Shown here piece after piece: positions 57,184-64,000 of a stretch of 64,000 nucleotides of DNA. Position 1 is the first letter of the stretch; each line of letters starts with the position of its first letter. The DNA comes from an uncultured virus (IMG/VR IMGVR_UViG_3300005080_000002) (lineage: Duplodnaviria; Heunggongvirae; Uroviricota; Caudoviricetes): IMG/VR virus record IMGVR_UViG_3300005080_000002, one strand, 5' to 3'. The notes under the pieces were generated by a model. That model was not told where the DNA came from, did not search any database, and saw nothing but the letters and a program-made list of their open reading frames with translations. The position numbers and the translations under genes are program-made.

Positions 57184-58321
57184 TCATAAGCTCCTTATAA
57201 CGACGGTTATAGTCGTCAGCATAAACCCACCACTGGAATTCATAAGTGTTAGGGTCGATTTGCGGATAACCGTTGAAGTTCATCATGCCTGCAATCTCAG
57301 GTGTGAGCATCACCATCGAGTTATACGCTCGCGGCAGATACTCAAAACCAGTTGGATCGTAGGGCTGCATATCTGGGTTAAAGATACGAACGAGGTCATT
57401 GAACTCCTGAATAATGATCGGATCATTATAGGAGGCCACGTTCGCCTGGAACTGGATGCTAAGCTGGTCGTTGTCCGTAATGAGGGGTTGTGAACCAGAG
57501 ATGTTCATAATCATCCCCATCGAGTCGTTGGTCGGGAAGAGGGCATTGGCGATACCATACTTACGCACATAACGACGTGTCGGATCGAGGATGAAGCGAT
57601 AACAACGCATCTGGTAATCGATAGTGTTAGTGAACATGTTAATCGGACGTGGCAAGAACAGGCCCGTACGCACCCCAGCAGCGTATTCTAACATTAAGCC
57701 AATCAATGACGTGATAACGTCGCCATCAACGTTACGGAATGTAGCGTTGAGGTTAAACGCGGAGTTAGGTTGGTAGGTGGAGTCGACCATACTCCATTGT
57801 TCGCGCACCATGCCTTCTTCGGAAGTATAGACGTCAAGGGTACTGTCGGGGAACCCGCTCAGCGATACAAGCAGATTCGACAGAACTGGAATAAAAGCAC
57901 AGCGATTGTCAAACCCTACTTCGTGATGGAACGTGTTGCCAAAACCGACTAGACCCTTAGACGCTGAAAGCATCTCACAGAAAGGATCCAACATGCCAAT
58001 CAATGCAGCCATCTGAGAATTACGTTTACCTCGGAGCATCTCCAACATCCGTCTGGATTGGTTGACGTTATCCTCATTAAAGTTCATATCGGGTCGGGTC
58101 CAAAATACATACCCTGTACCGTCAACGTTCTTCGGCGCATAAAGAGGCGCCATTCTATGATTAAACCCAGTGAGCAGGTTTGACGTGGATTCTTGCGGAC
58201 TTCCGCGCCCATTTCTTATGTTGGCGTTCTGTACCCGAGTCTTAAATAGCGAAAGCGTTTGCTCGTCTACTGATGTCTCGTAAGGCACATCGACACCTTG
58301 CTTCGGTGTATCATTTGACAT
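57176..58321 (-). CDS. Virion structural protein (phiKZ gp88-like), 381 aa
   Basis: GAGG RBS before ATG 58321; overlaps the start of the baseplate gene. Confidence 0.65.
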   Translation of the reverse strand: MSNDTPKQGVDVPYETSVDEQTLSLFKTRVQNANIRNGRGSPQESTSNLLTGFNHRMAPLYAPKNVDGTGYVFWTRPDMNFNEDNVNQSRRMLEMLRGKRNSQMAALIGMLDPFCEMLSASKGLVGFGNTFHHEVGFDNRCAFIPVLSNLLVSLSGFPDSTLDVYTSEEGMVREQWSMVDSTYQPNSAFNLNATFRNVDGDVITSLIGLMLEYAAGVRTGLFLPRPINMFTNTIDYQMRCYRFILDPTRRYVRKYGIANALFPTNDSMGMIMNISGSQPLITDNDQLSIQFQANVASYNDPIIIQEFNDLVRIFNPDMQPYDPTGFEYLPRAYNSMVMLTPEIAGMMNFNGYPQIDPNTYEFQWWVYADDYNRRYKELMNG

Positions 58322-58347
58322 AAAGACCTCTGTTCTGGAGAAGCGAC

Positions 58348-59466
58348 ATGATAATTGACAACGCAGGACCACTCCTTACTGGTGTGGTTTCTAAGCTGCC
58401 AGAATTATATCGCGGAGGGAAAAGCGACTCACTCATCGAGTTCTCTCGTCCCGCCCGTAATGAATTTCTGACGCTCGTTGAGAGTAAACTCGTTCCACTA
58501 CCTTTCATGAGTGATGTTGTCCAGTCGGCACTTACTCTGGTATCGGGTTACTACCTCAGCGCCCTCACTCTGTTGATCGACGTTCCTGGCCTTGAAGTGG
58601 TCAAGACCCTGGACCAGCTCAACACCAAACGTGATCCCATCGAATCCATGCTGGGTACTGGCGCCTCTATCTACAAGTTTGTAGGTACCGAGAGCTACCA
58701 GCATGGTCTGCCGAAACCCGAGCACTCTCTGTTTGGTTTCGAAGCCGACGGCGATGAGACCACCATCCTCGACGAGAATGGCAACGCGACCAGCGGTCGT
58801 CTCGGCCGTGAAATCCAGTCGTCCATCAAAGAGCTGTCCAACCTCTCGGTCGGTAAACAGTTTGAAGTCATCTTTGCCCGCGACGGCAACGAGCAGCCGG
58901 TACAGCTTCAGATTCGCCTGATGGTAACTGATACCGACAGCAAGTCCATGATGACCATTCTGTCCATGGGTTCTATCAAGAACACCTTCAAGGAGCGCTT
59001 CTTCCGTGCCAAGGCCGGAGAACTTTCCTACATCAAAGATCTGGTACTCTGCCAGGATCTGATCGATGAAGCTCGTGCTACTCGCATACGCGATAAATCC
59101 GGCTTCTTTGAACATATAATGCGCAAGCGCTCCGGGAACTTCCTGTCCGGGTTGTTCACGCTGCGTCCGTCCATCAACAACGCTTCCGCAGTCATCATTA
59201 TCAGTAAAGAGACTGCCAAACAGCTGGAGTTGGAACTGGGTGGTAAGCTCAGTCAATTCGCTGTGCGTGAGCAGGTGTTCAAGTCCACCTACGCCATGTT
59301 GTTGATCGTAATCGACGAGTGGGAAATGGTAACCTTCTACCACCGCTCCATCGATACACCGACTGAAATGCGCGCCTCTGAGCTTAAGCGTGCCAACAAG
59401 TCCACCGGTTCTGACGTCGAAGATATCCTGCGGGCATACTCTTCCTTCAGTGCGCCGACCTTGTAA
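58348..59466 (+). CDS. Internal head / inner-body protein (phiKZ gp89-like), 372 aa
   Basis: GGAG RBS; internal GTE and GFE processing-type sites; synteny. Confidence 0.65.
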   Translation: MIIDNAGPLLTGVVSKLPELYRGGKSDSLIEFSRPARNEFLTLVESKLVPLPFMSDVVQSALTLVSGYYLSALTLLIDVPGLEVVKTLDQLNTKRDPIESMLGTGASIYKFVGTESYQHGLPKPEHSLFGFEADGDETTILDENGNATSGRLGREIQSSIKELSNLSVGKQFEVIFARDGNEQPVQLQIRLMVTDTDSKSMMTILSMGSIKNTFKERFFRAKAGELSYIKDLVLCQDLIDEARATRIRDKSGFFEHIMRKRSGNFLSGLFTLRPSINNASAVIIISKETAKQLELELGGKLSQFAVREQVFKSTYAMLLIVIDEWEMVTFYHRSIDTPTEMRASELKRANKSTGSDVEDILRAYSSFSAPTL

Positions 59467-59477
59467 TTGGGGGCAAG

Positions 59478-60395
59478 ATGAAATTCCATAGCTACGTCAA
59501 GTCACTCGTGCCGTCATTGGAGACGGCGGATCTGAAGGAGAACATCGTCGTAACCAGCGAGCGTATTTCGGAGAGCATTCTCCCGTCGCTGGAAAGTATG
59601 ATGGTCGTCTTTGATCACAAATACGCCTGGCGGGATGACGCACTCAAAGCCATATCGAAGCAGTACCTTCAAAGCATGAAGGGTAACGGGTTTAAACTCC
59701 CGCTCGACTCCTCGATGTTGGAACTGGTGCAGCATGTTATGAAAAACATGCTTGTGACTCTTCCGTTCATCAAAGGTGAAGTTGACAAGACCTTTGGTAA
59801 AGTGATCTTCAATGAAGGCCTGACATTTAGTAAGGCTAACATTATGAAGTATTGCGAGACGGTAGAGTTCACTGTCAACTATACCAGGATCCTGCTCAAC
59901 TACATCACGCATGCCGAACTGCAAAAGCTCGACAATCGCCACAGTTCCAATAACCTTCCTCCGAAGGACGTTGAGTACCTGCGTGCGAACGTTATGATCT
60001 TTGCATCGGCCTGCCGTATCATGGGTATCCCCACCGCACAACTGAAGTCGCAACTGAACTCTGTGCCTGACATGCTTATCGAAGCCGGTACTGAAGAAGA
60101 AGCCACTCTGTTGATCGGCGGCGGTAAACTCGACCCGGTCGGTTTTGCCGCGCTGCCTTTCCCTATTTCGGTGATCTACCACGCCCGCCTTCGCTTTGCC
60201 AATAAGCAAGTCGAAGAGTACGAGCGGCTGAAAGCCGAAGAAGCGGTGATCAAGTATCGTCTCATTCTCATCCAGCAAAAGCTGGACGGTGGTGAAGGCG
60301 ATGCTGCGGCTGAGAAGCTGTTAGGGATCCAGGAAGATCGTCTGTTCAAGACGCGGCGTAAACTCGCCGAGCTGGAGGAAGAGTATGGGGTCTAA
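59478..60395 (+). CDS. Internal head protein (phiKZ gp90-like), 305 aa
   Basis: SLE sites, C-terminal coiled coil, synteny. Confidence 0.6.
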   Translation: MKFHSYVKSLVPSLETADLKENIVVTSERISESILPSLESMMVVFDHKYAWRDDALKAISKQYLQSMKGNGFKLPLDSSMLELVQHVMKNMLVTLPFIKGEVDKTFGKVIFNEGLTFSKANIMKYCETVEFTVNYTRILLNYITHAELQKLDNRHSSNNLPPKDVEYLRANVMIFASACRIMGIPTAQLKSQLNSVPDMLIEAGTEEEATLLIGGGKLDPVGFAALPFPISVIYHARLRFANKQVEEYERLKAEEAVIKYRLILIQQKLDGGEGDAAAEKLLGIQEDRLFKTRRKLAELEEEYGV

Positions 60396-60942
60396 ACGTC
60401 AGCTCTCGAAGAATGACGTTGAGATGTTGCGGCGTTTGGCCGACCTTGCCAAGGGTAGCAGTATTCGCACACGACACTTTGAATTCCTGGATGCGTGTCT
60501 GACGACCGCTGCCCGGAACGTCTGGTTGCTGCGCGAACTGTCCAAGGGCGATTGGGCCAAATATACTATCGGCTCTGCTGATACTATAGTCCGCTATGTC
60601 AATGAGACCATTGGCTTCATTCTCGGCGAACCTCGCGTCATTTCCGCCCATTCGTGGGAGGCCATCATTGCGGAAGCCATCGCGACCGATGTCGTGGGGC
60701 ATGAGAAAGTCCTGTCCGGTAATATCGGCGCGGCCATTATCACCGCCAATGATATGGGAAAATATAACAACGGCCAGCGTGGCACTTCAAGTGGCCATGT
60801 AGTCCGTCGCGACCTCCTGTCGCACACTGAAAGTAGCATTATATCTATGTGGACTATGCGTCCGAATGGTGTAGACGACATGATCATCTCGCTTGCGCGT
60901 TGTGCTGAGGTCATTTACACGTTCCAAGAGAAAGACGACTAA
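60385..60942 (+). CDS. Hypothetical (probably virion) protein, 185 aa
   Basis: GGAGG RBS; overlaps the previous stop. Confidence 0.6.
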   Translation: MGSKRQLSKNDVEMLRRLADLAKGSSIRTRHFEFLDACLTTAARNVWLLRELSKGDWAKYTIGSADTIVRYVNETIGFILGEPRVISAHSWEAIIAEAIATDVVGHEKVLSGNIGAAIITANDMGKYNNGQRGTSSGHVVRRDLLSHTESSIISMWTMRPNGVDDMIISLARCAEVIYTFQEKDD

Positions 60943-61066
60943 GTCAGCATGATGTAGTGTCCCCCTTTTGCGTATTACGCTCGTCGACGAGTAGCGCAAA
61001 TCATGTCTATATACTTTGAGAGTATTAGGCATGCAACCTTTGGTTAACCGAAACAAGGAAATACAC

Positions 61067-62317
61067 ATGAATAAGCACATGTTCAAACTGGGTCTGGAGT
61101 CTCTGGACGATGCAGAAGCCGTAGACGTCTCCGCTCTGGAAAAGCCGGAAGAAGGCGTTGAAGCGCATCTGGTAGAAGTTGAAGGCCAAGACGCCGACCT
61201 GGGCGAAGCTGAGATGGTCGGTGACCAGCTGGCTGCCGATACCGAAACCCTGGAAAACCTGGGTGACGTGGTTGAAGATGCCGTTGAGTCCGGCGAAGGC
61301 ATGGACGAGACTGCTGCTCGTGCCGTAGAAGTGGGCGTTGAGTCCATTGCTAACCGCTGGGGCTTCAAGGTCCAGAAGCTGGGTGCCGAATCCTTCAACG
61401 GTGCCAACCGCGCTCAAGCCACCCGCGTTGCCTACGAAGGCGTCATGGACGCCGTGAAGGACGCCTGGGACACCTTCCTGAAGTGGCTGCAAGAGATGAT
61501 CAACAAGCTGCGTGACTTCTGGGTCAAGTACGTGAACGCTGGTAAAGCCATGCAGAAGCGTGCCGACAAGCTGTCCGATCGTCTGGACAACCTGGGCTCC
61601 AAGGTCAAGAACGGCAAAGACAAGATCGGCGGCGGCTGGACTGCCAAGCTGCTGCTCGACGGCAAGATCGACCCCGAAGGCGTCATCGCTCTGGCTGGTC
61701 CGATCACCTCCGACATCAAGAAGGCTGCCATTGCCGGTCGTATGAAGCTGACCTCCGCCGAAGGCTCCATCAAGTCCGGTTCCCGTTCCGGTTCCGATAC
61801 CCCCGTGGAATTCGGTAAGAAGACCTCCAAGGCCCTGTCCAAACTGGTTCCGAACAACGCCATCAGTCCGAAAGGTTTCGCTCTGCCGGGCGGCGCCTAC
61901 TGGGTCGGCTACGAGATGTCCGTCAGTGACAACTCCCCGAAGGTCCTCGTAGGTGCGTTCGCAGCTGTCCCGGAAAATACCGGCGACAAGAAGATCAGCA
62001 CTCCGAACTCCAACCAGATGAAGACCGCCATCGGCGCGATCAACACCTACGGTGCCGCTCTGGAGAAGTCAATCACCGAGTTCCGTCCGGCTCAGGAAGA
62101 AATGTCCAAGCTGAACGAAGCCGTTAAGTCTGCCATCTCCAAGCTGAAAGACGGCAAGGCCGAAGAGAAAGAAGCCAACAAGGCCGCACTGAAAGAAGCT
62201 CGCTTCGCGGTCCAGACCAACGTCGCCATGACCCGCGCCGTTTCCGCTGCCCTGCGCAACGGTGGCTTCGGTCTGATCGGCTACGTCCAAGCCGGTATCG
62301 ATGCTTACGAGAAGTAA
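61067..62317 (+). CDS. Abundant internal head protein (phiKZ gp93-family-like), 416 aa
   Basis: Acidic propeptide with many S/A/G-x-E sites (GLE, GVE, GAE, AYE), then an amphipathic WDTFLKWLQEM helix; strong codon bias; terminator at 62357-62392. Confidence 0.75.
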   Translation: MNKHMFKLGLESLDDAEAVDVSALEKPEEGVEAHLVEVEGQDADLGEAEMVGDQLAADTETLENLGDVVEDAVESGEGMDETAARAVEVGVESIANRWGFKVQKLGAESFNGANRAQATRVAYEGVMDAVKDAWDTFLKWLQEMINKLRDFWVKYVNAGKAMQKRADKLSDRLDNLGSKVKNGKDKIGGGWTAKLLLDGKIDPEGVIALAGPITSDIKKAAIAGRMKLTSAEGSIKSGSRSGSDTPVEFGKKTSKALSKLVPNNAISPKGFALPGGAYWVGYEMSVSDNSPKVLVGAFAAVPENTGDKKISTPNSNQMKTAIGAINTYGAALEKSITEFRPAQEEMSKLNEAVKSAISKLKDGKAEEKEANKAALKEARFAVQTNVAMTRAVSAALRNGGFGLIGYVQAGIDAYEK

Positions 62318-62431
62318 GCACCGGTAGGCTAAGTTGGTAATCCAATAAAGCCGATTTAGTGAGGAGGGGAAACCCTCCTCACTTTATTTTTATTTGTTTT
62401 TAGTCTGCGGTCATTTTGTGGAGGTGTACCT

Positions 62432-64000
62432 ATGCCAATGTTCACAGAAGAGATCCATGACCACGATGGGACGGTAAGAGAACAGTCGATCATTTCAGCG
62501 ATTAATAACATCCTGAAGATAATCGGCTTGAAAGATACTGACTACAGCTTTAGCGAGCCGTACAGTAACTCGAGTCAGCCCGAAGGTACCGTCGGGGTAA
62601 AGACGCCCGTCAAAATGGGCGTTAGTCGTCGCGTTTTTATTGATGTAGATGATATACGCGATCCCGACAACTTGACAGATCGTGGCGTGGGTTATGATTT
62701 CCAACCTGCGTTCTTCCATCACCCAGTAACCAAGGTACAGCTGTGCCCAGCACATGCTAGACATGACCTTAACTTCTCAATGCGTTTTCGTCACGAGTCT
62801 CGCGCTGCGTGCCGTAAGTTCCTGAATGAAATACATCGCCGTGCGTCGCTCCAAGGCGACGTATACGAGATTTCGGTAGACTACCACTACCTTATCCCGC
62901 CGACGGCACTATCGTTGCTTAAAGCTACGCAGGAGGCCCACAATGCTAAGCTTCCTGAAGCAGAACATATTAGCCTACTTGATTACTTCGTAGCTGGCTT
63001 TTCCCCAGCGGTTACGGTGCTAACAAATAACGTAGGTGGTGGTTCTCAGTACGCCGTACGTAATACCCTCAATCGTGTCATATGTCAGATGGAGGGTCCC
63101 GGAGACATTAACCAGGAGAAACAGGTCGAAACTGGACCGTGGGAAGCGACCATTCGTTTCAAGATCCAGGTTGATTGGCCAGAGGCTGTCTCGGTACATT
63201 ACCCTGCGATGTATAACAATACATTGATTGGTGATTTCTGGTGGCAGGAAACTGAAGTACCTGGCGTATCGGATGATGTGGCACTGCGCAACGTCTACGT
63301 AACCGCACAGGATAAAATCTCCCAACGCCGCCCCACTCTCAATTTGCCTATCTTCATGCCGCCAGTAGACGCGCCAGAAGTTAAGGCTGGTACGAGAGAC
63401 CCAGGTGAGTTCTCGATGATCATTGGCTATTTGGAAATGGATGGTGACCGGCCGTCGCCAGTTCATCTGTTTAGCTTAGCCAATCTCGGTGAGGTATCGT
63501 TTGCACCGAAGCATCTGGAATACTTGAAAGCCGCATACGCAGAGAACCAAGACGGTCGTGACTCAATCTACCGGGTCTATGTGTATGACAACTACAACCA
63601 GTTCGACCCACAGTACGTCGGCGTAACGCCAGATCTGGACGCATACCTTATCCGTGAGGTATTCCTGGAGAAGACGTATCGCTTTGCCATCTCGGTTCGC
63701 ACTGACTGGAGATACCTGACCGACAAAGGTAAGGAGATCCTCGGTAAATTCCCAGATGTCATCAAGGACGTCATTGTCGAGTTCCGACCAGACCTCATCC
63801 CTAAATACCCAGAGCTATTTGTGCCGCGCATTGACTGGCCTGGGAGCGAAGGTTTCCCATGGCCGACGCAACCTGGTGACGGTGCCGGTGCCGGTGTTGA
63901 CTGGGATGATTTGGAACCTGACGATATTGACCGCATCATTGACGATTTGACCAGTCCGGGTGAAGGGGATGACGGTAAAAACTACTACCGTTCGATGTTC
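62432..64000 (+). CDS. Virion structural protein, 3'-truncated by the window edge (not in the ORF track)
   Basis: GGAGG RBS before ATG 62432 (MPMFTEEIHD). The frame reads as open where checked and is in register with the last codons of the window. Confidence 0.65.
   Translation, partial: MPMFTEEIHDHDGTVREQSIISAINNILKIIGLKDTDYSFSEPYSNSSQPEGTVGVKTPVKMGVSRRVFIDVDDIRDPDNLTDRGVGYDFQPAFFHHPVTKVQLCPAHARHDLNFSMRFRHESRAACRKFLNEIHRRASLQGDVYEISVDYHYLIPPTALSLLKATQEAHNAKLPEAEHISLLDYFVAGFSPAVTVLTNNVGGGSQYAVRNTLNRVICQMEGPGDINQEKQVETGPWEATIRFKIQVDWPEAVSVHYPAMYNNTLIGDFWWQETEVPGVSDDVALRNVYVTAQDKISQRRPTLNLPIFMPPVDAPEVKAGTRDPGEFSMIIGYLEMDGDRPSPVHLFSLANLGEVSFAPKHLEYLKAAYAENQDGRDSIYRVYVYDNYNQFDPQYVGVTPDLDAYLIREVFLEKTYRFAISVRTDWRYLTDKGKEILGKFPDVIKDVIVEFRPDLIPKYPELFVPRIDWPGSEGFPWPTQPGDGAGAGVDWDDLEPDDIDRIIDDLTSPGEGDDGKNYYRSMF

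Noticed and set aside
1..64000. tRNA, rRNA, CRISPR array, integrase, transposase, intein, homing endonuclease or alternative genetic code
   Set aside because: None recognised by eye; core genes translate full length with the standard code. A tRNAscan or Rfam run would be needed to exclude small RNAs.

Overview
A 64 kb segment of a phiKZ-like, nucleus-forming jumbo phage genome (Chimalliviridae type). Identification rests on protein motifs and gene order read from the sequence; no database search was run, and phiKZ gp numbers are recalled synteny equivalents. The window holds terminase and virion genes, both halves of a split family-B DNA polymerase, and a likely nuclear-shell block (chimallin, ChmC-like, PicA/Imp1-like). 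It also holds four non-virion RNA polymerase subunits, one virion RNAP subunit, an Mre11/SbcD-type nuclease, an SF2 helicase, and a late block of baseplate and internal head proteins. Several signals are not explained by this core annotation. (1) A ~600 nt, heavily base-paired non-coding RNA on the minus strand (11390 to ~10760), with its own promoter motifs, terminator and paired 5'/3' ends. (2) An adjacent AT-rich cluster of nested inverted repeats (11440-11710), a candidate origin. (3) A T-TTT-TTT slippery site that would fuse two genes by a -1 frameshift (~41980). (4) An early, degenerate ATP-dependent-ligase/nucleotidyltransferase-fold gene, and a probably head-packaged CYTH enzyme. (5) A tandem array of eight apparently related early proteins. 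(6) Arg/Asp mixed-charge tails shared by nucleus-associated proteins.
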